This document shows positions 26,517-40,489 of a DNA stretch of 64,000 nt, piece by piece. The stretch lies in contig OX597825.1 in assembly GCA_951406725.2 (NCBI GenBank), positions 47,988,001-48,052,000 on the forward strand, read 5' to 3'. The translations under genes were made by a program, and so were the position numbers. Origin of the DNA: Octopus vulgaris. Its lineage: Eukaryota. The stretch's first letter is position 1. Every line of letters begins with the position of its first letter. The notes beneath the pieces were generated by a model. It was not told the origin of the DNA. It searched no databases and worked only from the letters and a program-made list of their open reading frames with translations.

Positions 26517-26871
26517 CATATATATAAATAATATATATATATATATTATATGTTCTGCTTTTTTATGTTTAACCCTACAGTCTCTTATGTGGTGGTTTAA
26601 TAAAGTATTTGATTGAGTATTATCTGGTAATTGATACTTGATTTAGATGTATTTCTCCATTTTCTTATCTTGTATTAGTAATTTGTGGTAAATCATTTTA
26701 CCTTCGCCCATATAATACAGTAAATGAATTGATTGCATCGCAATCCTTAACATTTATGTATTAACTTTGTTGGGTACTTCACTAGCAGTATATTGGATAT
26801 ATGTTATCCCATGGAGGGTTGCATTTACAACCCCTATCTCAATTTGTATATATATATATATATATGTAAAT

Positions 26872-26926
<55 letters not shown>

Positions 26927-26929
<3 letters not shown>

Positions 26930-27540
26930 TCCACGGTTGCCAGCAACTGCCTCCCAACCGCTGATATTGATGTTGCAGGCCTTCATGTCCCTTTTGCAAA
27001 CATCCTTGTAGCGTAAGAACGGTCTACCTACAGACCTAGTACCCCTAGCAAGCTCTCCGTAGAGTATGTCCTTGGGAATTCTGCCATCTTTCATACGGCT
27101 AACATGCCCAAGCCATCTCATACGTCTTTGTGTGAGGAGTGCAAACATGCTTGGTATTCCTGCTTGCTTGAGGACATCTTTGTTGGGGATATGATTCTGC
27201 CATTTGATGCAGAGGATTTTCGCAGGTGAAAGATGTTTAGAGGATGCTCTTGGCGTGTGTATATGTACCGTAAAAGAGGGAATACAAAGGAGTGACAGAG
27301 AGAGAGAGGAGAAATGGAAAGACAAGAAGAGACATCAACAAGAAACTATGGCATTACAATCAGCCAGGAACAGTCTTCGCTACATTTGCGGTACCTGCCA
27401 GAGGGAGTGTTTGTCCAGGATAGGACTACACAGCCACAGCAGGAAATGTATCAGGACATGAAATGTAAAAGCTGGACTAGACTATTTTATGCGCAACTCC
27501 ATTTTCTCCCGAGACAAAAAGGATGCCAACAACAACAATA
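26927..27540. mobile_element. RTE-BovB-like LINE 3' end with a 5' inversion
   Basis: The minus segment encodes RWLGHVSRM...ILYGEL...WEAVAGNR; the plus segment encodes the continuation CGTCQRECLSRIGLHSH and a (CAA)n tail. Confidence 0.85.
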
Positions 27541-27569
27541 CATACATATATATAAATAATATATATATA

Positions 27570-27612
<43 letters not shown>

Positions 27613-27776
27613 TATATAAATAATATATATATATATATATATAGTATTTTTCTGATGGACGGATAATTGAAGAGATGGTGGCATGGATTTCCACCTCGGC
27701 ATCCGAAACTCAGTGTTTTCTCATGGCTACCGAATAATTGTCACATATTTCATTTACAGATACACATATATAAATA

Positions 27777-27851
<75 letters not shown>

Positions 27852-27989
27852 TATATATAATATATATATATTGGTAAAAACGTAAGATAACAAAAGAAAG
27901 AAAGAGACCTCAATATTATGTAAATAGAGGAATTTATCTGTAAATATATGTGACAATTATCTTGGCTACCGAATAATTGTCACATATTA

Positions 27990-28021
<32 letters not shown>

Positions 28022-28449
28022 CAAGTTATAAATCAGAACAAGAGAAATTACAAGAAAAAAAATTAGATGAATGTGATTTTAAAAAATGGAAAAGTGAAGA
28101 AAATGAAAAAGAAAGGAAAAAAGCAATTCAAGTTATATCTCCTTTGGATTTAAAGTTGTAAGGCTTGATGGTGAAGAATCAACAGAAGGTGTCCTATGTC
28201 TGTAATACAGCTGCTCAATCCAGAGATGTTGGTGTTCTCCAATTCACCAAAAAGCAACTTGTCCATGCTTTGCATTTGCTGAAAATTTCTGATCTGGAAT
28301 TCAGAACTGTGATGGAATTCTTAGATCTAAGAGGGATATGCTATCTCCCAGCTATTCATAACTTGTATTCTTTTTATTCCATTAACATATGGCATGGATT
28401 TTCCTACGATTTTCCACTTGATTGTATATGGCATGTAGTTGGTCATCAA

Positions 28450-29215
28450 ACCCTATAGTGGCTAGCCAACTTAGTGGCTTTTCTTTTGTTCATGTACCAG
28501 TGAGAAGGTAGGTGGTTAGAATAGTGATATTTGAGGTTGCTTTTGCATAACCTAACGTAATTTTTCTTTTCAGTTAGGTTAACATGTAGCATTGCTGTAA
28601 CTTATTTGACAGAGTTTATCATGCACATCTGGTTGAGTTGACAAGCTCCAGGGTCTTGGCAGTTACAACTGGAAGTGGGCACTTGGTAGTGTTTGCAGGT
28701 AATGATGCTCTTCACATTGGGGCAGCAGCTATAGGATAATTTATTTGAGCATCTTTTGAAGATCTTTCTGTATTTGTGATTTTCTAGTAAATGCTTAGCT
28801 AAGAGAGAGAGAGGAATCTTTAGTTTTAACATTTAAGGAGAAGGGGGCAAACAAAATTATTTTTCTAGGTCAGTTTTTAAGTTTATTTTTATTATTCATT
28901 GTGCTTATGGTACAGTTTATAAACCATACCATAAGCCCAATGAGAAACTTTCCTACATAACAAACAGTTCTGCCACCCACCCCTCATAGTGCTTAAAAGC
29001 TTGATAGCTAACATTAGTAATAAGATAACCAACTTCTCTTATTCTTAAAAAAGTTTTGATAAGGCAGCTCCCTACTATGGCAATACCCTTAGTTAACAGT
29101 TGCTTCAAAGATAAGTTATTTTACAACACTTCTATTAATGGTATGAATAATGAAAATAGACCTAAGAATAGACTGAGGAAAATAATTTGGTTCCCCTCCT
29201 CTATGCCTTACAGGA
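28450..29215. mobile_element. Penelope-like element remnants in two opposed pieces
   Basis: Minus piece: HKYRKIF..KLSYSCCPNVKSII..CNC..CQL, the linker before GIY-YIG. Plus piece: KP-E-LSY...HPP...RKIIWF, the RT thumb region. Confidence 0.7.
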
Positions 29216-29510
29216 AAATTTAGTAGATGGAAATTCTGTGGAAGTCTGTTGCGTGAGTGTATATATGTGTGCATGTGACAATATCTGCCTGTGTTAGCTT
29301 GTCATGCCATATTGTAGAGCCTGAGAGTTGCATGAAGACACAAGACATGCTATAAAATACTGTCTGAATAGCTTTCATCACATGAAACTACTTGTAACTC
29401 ATAAAAATATATATTGTGTTTATTAAATAATATTTATCTCTCACCAGGTGGAGTACTTTTTTTGTTGATCTTACCATCACAAAACAGTACACTATGTATG
29501 TATGTATGTA

Positions 29511-29567
<57 letters not shown>

Positions 29568-29867
29568 GTATGTATGTATGTGTATATGTAACCAACCAAC
29601 CTTTTCAGAAGGGAATTTTAAGGTTAATATTTCGCTTAGGTATTGCAAGACTAATAACTTGGTGTATAATTCAGTATACATATGAAAACATAATTCTGTT
29701 CTCAAATAAATTGCACTTTATATTCAAGGCTCCAATAAAATGAAAAGGTGTAAATCTTATTGCAGAAACAACTGTAAGCTAATGAAGTTCATTAGATAGC
29801 CATTTATTCTTTTGTCAACTCATTTTCTCATATATATATATATATATTCCTTTATTTATATGTGTGC

Positions 29868-29902
<35 letters not shown>

Positions 29903-30277
29903 TGTACATACATACATACATACATACATACATACATACATACATACATACATACATACATACATACATGTATCCTTCTTTTATCATTTTCTGCTGTTTG
30001 TGAGACAATTTATGAATCACTTCCCATATTTCATTGACACAAGTAAGTTGTTGTTTTGTAGCTTTTATTTCTTCTTAATTACAAAACAATTTAATTATAT
30101 ATTTTTCATTGGGAACATCATCTACTCTCTCTCTCAGTACACACTGATATTACATTAAAACTGTTGTCATTATTTACCTTGGTCTTTATTCAAAACAAAT
30201 CTAATGGAATATAAATATTACATTCAGCAGCAGCAGCAGCAGAAGTAGCACCAACAGGGTGTAGCCAACATTACATA

Positions 30278-30353
<76 letters not shown>

Positions 30354-31929
30354 CGCATATACAAACACAACCTGAAGTTGTAGTCAGGCCTGATTTTATG
30401 GCAAAGAATTGACCCAATCCATCAATCAATGTTATATTTGCCTCACCTGAACTGCTTTATATGTATGTGTATATATGGTAAATGAAAGGTGGGAGATATA
30501 TAAATACATATGCGTGCATGTGTGTGTACTCAAATCAGTGACCATAATCTTCTGTTGTTGTTGTTTGTAGTGGTGGTGGTGGTGGTGGTGTTCCCATTTT
30601 TGTTTTACGTTGAGTAACGACAGCTAACACTGCTTCAATAAACAGCTGACACAGAATTAACCAATCAAAATCTTAGAAGTCACTCATAACTCCTACACAT
30701 TTCATACACCAAAATTCACTGTTTTAATACTTTCAAACACCATTTATCATCATCATCAATACCACCACCACCAGCACCACCATCATCATCATCATCACCA
30801 CCACCACTGCCACCCCTGTTACCATTACTCCCTTCTCTTTGTAACAAATGTCTCTAGTATTCATGCCTCTATTGATCATCCTTCAGTCACTTCCCCCACC
30901 TTCTTATCCTCACTGTATTAAGTTGCTAATGTAATTATCGATTGCAGAGGATCTTTCCTGTTCCCTGTACATACATCCAGTGTAACCAGGGATACCTCAA
31001 GATCTAGCTAACCTTCTCCCCAATATGCCACAACTCCCTTTCCCATGCTTAGCATCTTCACCCATGTAAGACCTTTACATCTGTATGCACCCTATACACC
31101 CTGCTTATCCACTCAGCATGGTCATTTAGTATTGGCTCCTCTGTCATACTTTGATCTCTCATCACCTCGCACAAAACCACATTTTCCCTTTGTCGTGCAA
31201 GTTACTTAGTGATCTTGTCACGGCTGGTGCCATGTAAAAAGCATCCAGCCCACCCTATAAAGTTTGGTATTTGGAGGGGCATCTAGTTGTAAAAAAACAT
31301 TCCAAAGTATACCTTGATGCTGCTGGTACCACATGAAAAGCACCCAGTTCACTCTGTAAAGTAGTTAATGTTAGGAAGGGTATCCAACCATAAAAACTAT
31401 ACCAAAACAGATGGTGGAGCATAGTGTAGTCTTTGGGCTTGTTAAGCTGTACAATGTATGCCAGCATGGAAAATGAACATTAAATGATGATGATGGTGAT
31501 GATGATGATTTACCCACCTCCTACTATACATCAGTTTCTCATTTCTGTTCTCTCTAGAACTTGTGCTGCAATAAGATGCATGCAGTATTAAATGTAGGGT
31601 TGTGAGGTTTATTAAAGACATGATAGGGCTGTGAGAATTGTCGAAGGCATAACAGACTCTCAGGTGAAAATATTTACCTAAATATACTTTATAAAGTCTT
31701 AGGAAGGGCATCCAGCCATAAAAACCAAACCAAAATTGAAACTGACATGATGTGGTCCTTCTACCCCTCTAGGAGAACAACTTGTCCAATCCACTTAATC
31801 ATTGAAAGTGGGCATAAAACAATGTTGGTGATGTTTTTGTATATACAGAAACAAGTGTAACAAATTATTTGTTGGCAGTGGTGGTGGCTTTATGTCATAT
31901 CTGAGAATTTAGTTTCTTCTTTGCTGAAC

Positions 31930-34900
31930 ACTTCCTTTACGGTGATATTGTTGGTGACACTTTAGACTAATTCTTGCATAGAAGAGTTGATAGCGTTTGA
32001 CTGCATGGCAATGTTGGTAAAGGACGAGGTTGATTTTGTCAAGCCTTTCTCTCCTGTCATTTGATTTCTTTCTTTTCTCTTATGGTGGCTTTGCAGTTTT
32101 TTGTTCCAATGGTGATTATGGTTTTGGGCTTGTGTTTCAAACACTTTAGGTTCAATTCCAGTGGCATTCAGTGTTGCCTTGAGTTGATCCTTGTATCTTT
32201 GATGAGAGCAACCCTATGGTCTTTCTCCTGAAGTGAGCTCTCTGAATAAGACTTGGTGTGGGAACCTTGACTCTTCCATTCCATTCTCGCTACATGTTCT
32301 GCCCATCAAAGACAGTGTTTTGTGATCAGTGATGATACTTTGATTATTGGTTCTTTCCAGAACATTGTTGTAGGTCACATAGCATTCTCATTTGATGCTC
32401 AAGATTAAGTGAAGCATTGTAATTTTTGGATATCATGATGACGTAGAGTCCAGATTTTGCAGCCATATAGCAACGTTGAGATGAAAACAGCATTATAAAC
32501 CATTGTTAAGTTAACGTCTTTGTTGTTGCAAAACATGCTTGATTATCTTTCCAAATACCCTGTGTGCAGCTCCAGTTCTGTGTTTCATATTCTTTTCTGA
32601 GGTGGACTTGTTTGATAAAAGGCTGTTTAGTTGTGGAAAATACTCTACGTTTTCAAGAGGTGTATCTGAGATAGTAACATCAAAATTTCTAAGATGTGTT
32701 ATATATGTGTCAGATGTTTAGAGTGAAGTCTACTGAGATTGAAAAGTCCTCCATTATATCAATATCTGATATCAACTCCTGGATTGTTTGGAGGAACTTT
32801 GTGAAGCATTGAAGCCAGACGCAAGAAGAATAGCATAGGTGCCAAGACATAACTTTGTTTTAGTCCACACATGCTTGGAAATTCTTCTGACAGCATGTTT
32901 TGGTGGAATACACGTCCAGACATATTGTCAAGCACTACTTGAACCAAAGGGATAAAGGGATCAGGACATCCAAAACGATGAAGAACCTTCCACATAGAAG
33001 CTCTCGGAATGCTATCAAAGGCTTTTTCTAAGTCATAGAAAACAAGAAAATGGGTTTTTGTTGTTCCCTGCTTTTCTCTTAGAGTTGCCTTGCTCAGAAA
33101 ATCGTGTCAATTGATCCACATGAGACATGGAATCCACATTGAGTATCTGATAGAATCTTTTTTGCAATGGTCTGGAGGTAATTTAGAAGAATCCTGGCAA
33201 AGACTTTTCCAGTGATGGAAAGTAATGATATTCCTCTGTAGTTCCCACAGATTTTTCAATCACCTTTTTTGAAGATCCTTATGAGGACTGCATCTTTCAG
33301 TTCTTTAGGAATGTGTTGAGATTCCCACATCTTCAGGATAAGAGTGAATATGCAGGCTTGCAAGGGTAAGCCTCCATGTTTGTTCAGCTTGAAAAGGGTG
33401 TTATCTGGGCCTTGGAGATTTTTTTGATCTCATTCCCTTCATAGCTTGCTTGAATTTATGAAAAATTGGCCTCCTGCTCATCCACAGCTGAGGAGGGTGA
33501 TTTGGAACATCTCTCAGGAAGTCTTCAGCTGTGCTCAAGTTTCTATTTTGGAGGGTAGAGAAATGTCCCTTCAGTGTAGGAGTATGTCTTGTGGATTGGT
33601 CAGGATATTTGCATTGTCAGCTGAGAGAAGGGATCCAGTTGATGTTCATACTGGTCCAAATAGTTACTTCATTCCAGCATAGAAATTTCTGAGGTCACTT
33701 GCATCTGCATTGCCCTGAAGTTCCACTGCTTCTTTTTGCCACCAAATTTTCTGCAGTTCTCTTAGTTTTATCTGACATTCCTGTTTTAGCTTCTAGAAAT
33801 ACTTCTTTTTGAGTCTGGATCTTCAATCTTGTTCATGAGCCAGTCAAGCATTCTTTTTTGCTGATTTCAATGTTGTTTTCATCAAACCAGTCCTGATTTT
33901 TGGTCTTGGTGAAACTGATGATAGTGTTTACTGTTTCTGTGACTATGTCACAAATGGTTCTTCATTCTTCATCAATAGACTGATTGTTTATTGGTTTAGA
34001 ACTAAGTTCCTGACTTATTTTGCAAAGACAATTGCAGTGTCAGGGTTCTGAAGTATTGAGATGACATATTTTCTATGAGATGGTGGTTCATGTTGCATCC
34101 TTGGATTTTTACAAATGGTGATTCTCATGCATGTAATGACAAGGCGATGATCCGTCTAGCAGTCATCAGAATTAAGGCCCCCTTTGATGATGAGGACGTC
34201 TCTTTTGTCTTGTTGCCATATGATGGCTTAGTCTATCAAATGCTGGTATTTGGATCAGGGATGCATTCGTATGTTTTTAAAATGAGTTGGAAATCAAAAT
34301 TGGGTATTTGTAATGAATAGATTATATTCCATGCATAGACCTAGTAACAGATGTCCACTGGAGTTGCAATTTGCGATGCCTTCTTTACTGATGACAATTT
34401 CCCATAGGTGATGACTCTTTCCTACCTTTGCAATGAAATCCGATTGTAATAAGAGTTTGTCTTTTGGTGGTATGTTGACAATGATGTTACTTAGTTGTTG
34501 GTAAAATTGATTCTTTGCTTCTTCCTCAGCATCAAGAGTTGGAGCATAAGAAGTATGAGTGGTGTAATTTTCATTTGGAAGTGGTAACCAAAGAGTCATT
34601 AGTGATTCATTGATGGCAATAGTTGTTAAATGATGGTCTCATATGATGCAGGTTTTAATAACAAAACCAATTCCTTGGATTCTTCTCTTCCCTTCATCCA
34701 CGCCTTTCTAAAAGAATGTATAGCCAGAACCATTTTCTTTGAGTCTCCTTTCTCCTGAAAGTTGTGTTTCATTCAGGGCTGCAATGTCCACATTGAGCCT
34801 AACCAGTTCTTTTGAGAGTAATGTTGTGTGTCTTTCTGGTCTGTCAGCACTGTCAATGTTGACAAGAGTTTTAACAATCCATATTCCAAAGATCATACTG

Positions 34901-35060
34901 GTTATCTTAAGTTTCTTGTTGCTTTGACTGTTAACTGGCCTGTTAGGTGTGGTTCCCCAGCTGGATAGTGGTAGTGACTTTTGCTATTCAGTCCACCTTT
35001 TCTTGGACTTTCCTCAATTGAGGTGGACAGCAATACTCATAAAAGGCCTGCCCAGACACA
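31930..35060 (-). mobile_element. Nearly full-length but degraded RTE-BovB-like LINE
   Basis: APE motifs RPERHTTLLSKEL, DIAALNETQL, YAPTLDAEEE; RT remnants (YRGISLLS, DLEKAFDS, GLKQSYVLAP); many stops and frameshifts. Confidence 0.88.
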
Positions 35061-35089
35061 GAAACTGAAAGCTCATCATATATATGTAT

Positions 35090-35610
35090 ATACATGATGA
35101 AGTGGGTGGTGTGAGCATGCTCTTAGCAGAAAAGTGTGTAGATAAGATAAGTGAGGTAGACAGACTATGTGATAGGGTTATTAAGTTGAGACTTATCATA
35201 GATAGATTAACAATTACATTTATCTCTGCCTTTGCTCGCAGGCTGGGCTGGCTGATGATCAGAAGGACCAATTCTACAAGGTCCTTTTGCAGACCATCTC
35301 AACGACAAATGACAGAGACTTCGTTATTGTGGCTGGTGACTTTAATGTCACTCCAACATAGGCTACTCGTTTTTGACTTCAGAATTAAGGCTAGAGAGAC
35401 TCAGAGAGATAACCCACACTTGAAAAGAAGATTAATGGAAGCTCAAAGATCCAGCAAGCTGACAAAAATTGAAAAACATTCCAGAGAGGAAGAGGTGGAG
35501 GAGGAGGAGGTGGTGGTGGTGGTGGTGGAGGAGGAAGAGGAGGAGGAGCAAATGGCTTAGAGGACAACCGGAAGTTCCTGTGGGACAATTTATTGGGTGC
35601 AGCTAACTAA
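35090..35610 (+). mobile_element. APE fragment of the PHD-family RTE LINE
   Basis: VGGVSMLLAEK...RVIKLRL and QHRLLVFDFRIK, homologous to 54185-54688. Confidence 0.7.
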
Positions 35611-36057
35611 ATCTTCATTATAGCAAGACAACTGTTTCTACCTCTCTGTCTCTTTGTCAAATTCTAACCTTTCATCTTCTGACACAAGTTACCCTTCTAA
35701 AATGCTCCTGCCCCTCTCACAATTCCTTATCTTGTGAGTTGCTTGGTGAATCTGCCAGTGCTGGTGCCATGTAAAAAGTATCCAGTCCACACTGTAAAGC
35801 AGTTGGCATTTGGAAGGGTATCTAATTACAAAAATCATGCCAAAACTAATCTCACCTGTGCTGGTGCCACATAAAAAACACTGAGCCCACTCTGCAGAGT
35901 TGTTGGTGTTAGGAAGGGCATTCTGCTGTAAAACTGCTGCCAAAACAGACACAGTAGCTTAGGGTAGTTTTTATACATGACCAGGTCCTGTCAACCATCC
36001 TACTCATGCATGCATGGAAGATGGATTTTAAATGATGATAATGATGATATATATATG

Positions 36058-36093
<36 letters not shown>

Positions 36094-36704
36094 TGTATGT
36101 ATGTATGTATGTATGTATGTATGCATGCATGCATGCATGCATGCATGTATGTATGTATGTATGTATGTATGTATGTATGTATGTGCACATGCATGAGTGT
36201 CTTTGTGTCAGGAGCTGGCAAGTTGGAGAGCTGTACTATGCTCCAGTTATCTGTTTTGGCATGGTTCCTATGGCTGGATGCCCTTCGTAACACCAACCAC
36301 TTTATAGTGTGCACTGAGTGCTTTTTACTTGGCACCAGCACAGGTGATTTTTAAATGGTACAAATTTGGTAATTCATAATTTTGTGTTCAAATCCAGCTA
36401 GAGCTGACTTTAGGAAAGTTGACTTTGGGCCTCATCAAAATATGGATGAACTTCTGTTTGATGCTGACACACCATCTTATGTCTCCTTGTCATGCATAGA
36501 TCTCTTCTCTATTCTAAAATCTTTGTTACATCTCCAAAAGGCACTCCAAGAGATGAAAGTAATTTGATTTCCTTTATACAACCATGTAAATGTTTAGAGC
36601 AAGGAGATTCTTTTGAAATTTCCTTGTTACATATTGTTGAAAAACTTTCCAAAAGACTGAGTATTGTAAGCATTACAGGAGTATTTTTTGTGACTTTATT
36701 GTAG

Positions 36705-36909
36705 GTGGACACCAGGAGAATGGTCAAAATGCAGTTTGACCTGTGGAGAAGGACAAATGACACGGCAAGTGGAATGCAAGCAGAAATATTCAAAAACATT
36801 TTTCAAAAGAGTGTCTGCATCAGCATGCCTTAACCAAACTCGTTTGATAACTGTGAAAAAATGTCAGAATAAACCCTGTTCACAATGGGAAATTAAAGAA
36901 TGGTCAAAG
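36705..36909 (+). CDS. THSD4: THSD4-like exon (TSP1 repeat)
   Basis: ttgtag|G acceptor; WTPGEWSKCSLTCGEGQMTRQVECKQK...CQNKPCSQWEIKEWSK; donor AAG|gtaatt. Confidence 0.92.
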
Positions 36910-37213
36910 GTAATTTATAAGTAAACTTTTAAGAGCTATTTGTTGACTAACACCAAAATATGAATGTAATGTGATGGTATTGAATCATATTAGCAAGACA
37001 AAAGTTTGAGAAGGTCGATCAACTAAAATCTCGCCAGGCCACACATTCTTCAAAAACATATTCTGCATGTAGATTTTTTTGTCATATGAACCAGCCAGAC
37101 AATTTTATGTTGTACCTTATTTTGCGCAGTTGTGTTTATATGTGCAACAAAACATGTTGCTTGTTCTGAAATCCTATTTTATTGTTTTGATCCAACATTT
37201 TCTATAATTCCAG

Positions 37214-37384
37214 TGTTCAGTTGAGTGTGGTCTTGGACAACGTAGTCGAAAAGTGACATGTGTGTCAGCTGATGGTAGAGTGATTCCTGACTATGAATGT
37301 CGTAAAACCAAACCTTCAACTTCAGAAGTTTGCAATATGGGCTCCTGTGCCAAAACTTGGTTTTTCACAGAATGGTCAAAAGAG
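37214..37384 (+). CDS. THSD4: THSD4-like exon (TSP1 repeat)
   Basis: ttccag|TGT; CSVECGLGQRSRKVTCVSADGRVIPDYECRKTKPSTSEVCNMGSCAKTWFFTEWSKE; donor GAG|gtgaga. Resembles vertebrate THSD4 CDMGPCAKSWFLTEWS as I recall it. Confidence 0.93.
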
Positions 37385-37989
37385 GTGAGAATTTTCCACT
37401 TTCCTCTCTGACAAAGATATTTTGCATATATCACACTCACATCCCCAGATACTCAACACCAGGGCTGGCTCAAAGCACCTGCAACTCGGGTAGTCACCTG
37501 AAGTGCCATGTGCTAGGGAGTGCCAAGGAAAGCATGACAAAGACAAGGAAATTTCCATGACTGTCAGCTTGTACACACCGATGTTCAGCCAGCAACTCTA
37601 GGGCCAGCCCTGCTCAACACACTCCGCTCACCACACTTCACGTACTCATTTTGTACTCCACTCACCCAGTACACATGCCACTCATTCACACACAGTACTC
37701 ACCCACACATTCTTCACTCACTCAACATACACTCTACTCCCTCACCACTCATGCCGTATATATGTATAAATGCCTTTTTTTTAATTGCTATGTTTAGATG
37801 AAGGCATAACGTTCACAATCTCCTTTACAAGTTCTCATAGACTGGTAAAATTGATGTCCTAAATGTCCTCAGACATTTTTAAACCAATTTCTGTGGGAAA
37901 GATATGAACAGCAATGGAATTCCAAATGGTCAACACTTAGAGAAAGAAGAACTAGGTATAGGGCCTTGAGAGGTTGATCACTTCAAGGG

Positions 37990-39950
37990 TGATGAATGGA
38001 GATGGGATGTAATGTATCTATCAGAGATCCAGGAAAAGCCACTCCTTCTGTCAAAGCTGTTGTTATCCTCTAGCTTATGGAATATGCACTCATGCCTTGC
38101 TTTTTGCTGATATGCTGCCAGCTTTTCCTCCAAGCTTCTGTTTAGGTAATCTAGTCAAGCCTCCTTTGAGTCATATGAGACAGTTGTATTCTAAGAGTTC
38201 TTCTCCAACTCTAAAGATGCTTTTGCTCTCACATTTGAGCATGTATTCCTTTCTTTACTGTTCAGTTCATGCTGTCTGAATGTGACATTCAAAGGATGTT
38301 TGGACTGACTTTATGCCTCTAGCACCATCCCTTCTTCTCACATAGATCCTATTGGTGTCACTATTGATGTAGAAATTGTCAATGGTTATCAGTACCTTTC
38401 TGGTTTTGATGTCTAGGCTGCATATCTCATCAAGTGTCCAGTCCAATATCCCAAATGTTGGTACTAGCACTATTACTGTAAAAGCATTGTGAGATATGGT
38501 CTTATTAAATGCAGAGTTCCACATTTTCTGGAATCTATAGAAGGACTCTTTCACTATTCTGGCTTTAGTCACAGTACCAACATATGCAACATTCTCATCA
38601 GTTCTGAGTTACTTATAGTTTCCATCATTGGAGATAGTGGGGATAAACAAGCTATTGATGTACATGTTCTCTGTCTGGTCGGCAATCTTTCCTTGGTTGA
38701 TTATCATGTTTGAGGATTTACCTTGCCCAAACTCAATTCCTGTCTCATGAGAATGTTGAGACGAGTTCTAATTGTCTCTTGATGTTGTTCATATTACCAA
38801 AATATAACTTTAGGTCATCAATAGAAAATGTATGAGTGACATTAATTTTGTTCTTTTCTGTATACTCCAGCATGTGGCCTTAACTTTTGTTGACAGGGCT
38901 GACAAGGGGTTCACCACCAGTATAAATAACATTGCAGATAAACTATCAGCCTGGAATATGTCTTGATGGCTTAATTCTGTTTTTAACAATAGGTGGTACT
39001 TTGGCAACATGTAGTGATTCTATCACCCATTAATGAAAGACGGAGTTGAATGCCTTCTTGTAGTCTGGCCATGTTTTTGAGAGATTTTGTTGAAGTTGGT
39101 TGGCTTTCTTAAGAACAGCTTTGTTGAAGAGGGCTGTTCAGCACAGCTCCCAACATCTTTCTTTTCTCCAGCGTATTCATTAGTTTTCACACCATTTGTT
39201 TGGCAGTGATCTCGGAGAAACATAAGACAGCCTGTGTATAGTTTGTACATAACATTCAAGCTTGTTATGAATCTATAGTTTTTGACCACATGCATCTCTT
39301 CATTCTTGGGGATAAGAGTAGTTTGTGCAACCATCAGCCAATATGGTATATCTAACTCAGTGCCCATTGTTTTTTTAAACAGGATCATGAGAATTTCCTT
39401 GTAGCATGTGAACTTTTTGTGCCAGTATCCTACTATCAGGTCATTCCCAAGTGATTTTCCATTCAGCAGTTTCATAATAACTGTCAGTTATATGGTGATG
39501 TATATTTTGGGAGAGACATTTACATGATACCCACTTCGTAGTTTGCTTAACAATGTTGCATCGCAGATGTATTCTTTGGTTACATCCCAGGTTCTCCACC
39601 AGAATGACCCTAGGTGTTCCTGGGGAGGAGTATCTTGAGGGTTTCACTTTTCATACTGTAATACACAGCTTGTACATCAGGCAAACTTAAGTTTTTATCA
39701 TTTTTCATTCATGTAATTTTTTATAATAAAGTTTTTCACTTACTGCTTGTAGATCATGTTTGAGTACAATCAGTTTGCTTGTGAGTGTTTCTCAGTGGCA
39801 GTTCTCATACAATTTGGAGAATTTATCATGTAGTTATAGCTGATGATTCATGAATTGATTTTTACCTTTGCATTTGATGATAGTGTCCAATTGTCCTCTC
39901 TTTTTCCTGAGTCCATTAATGTTATTGCGGGGGGAGGTAATCTATTTTGG
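37990..39950 (-). mobile_element. Degraded RLE-type (R4/Dong-like) non-LTR retrotransposon RT region
   Basis: TTLIPK...KNYRFITSLNVMYK, DIFQADSLS, RIYVRRRDGARGI motifs. Confidence 0.78.
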
Positions 39951-40489
39951 CTCAGTATTATCCTTTGGATTGGTCTCTTTTATTCCCATCTGTTCATGCA
40001 CATGTAAGTATGTTCTTTTTTATTTTTAATTATTTGAAGTCTTCCTGTAAGTAAGTAGCTGGTTTCTAACAAAGATACTAAAGTCTGTCATTTGAATGTA
40101 GATAACAAAAACAAATTCATATTTTAAACTTGAGAAAAATCTTGCATATGTTCCACTTAGAATATGTACTTGTAATGTGAATGCTCGTGAATTGATTTTT
40201 TTTTCTTTTCTGAAAACCGTAACTTTTACAAATTGTCACTTATGCACTTACTAACAAAATCAGGTCAACCAATTTTTAGTTTAAATGTGAATTTATAATC
40301 TGGATATAGAAGCTAAAGATTTACAAGTAATTTTTTCTAGTTATTCCCTTTATATTTGATTTTTGAAGAGATGTTCACATCAGTAGAGTAGTTTATCTCT
40401 ATCACTGTCAGTCTCAAACAGTGATATCTGATATATTATGTTTGCACTTATGTTTTGATGGCAATGTTCCTTGTGTTGATATTTAGGTA

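Noticed and set aside
29388-30158. ORFs rich in HT, VC and MYVC (also 35909-36354 and 47438-47697)
   Set aside because: Translations of (TG)n, (TATG)n and (CT)n microsatellites.
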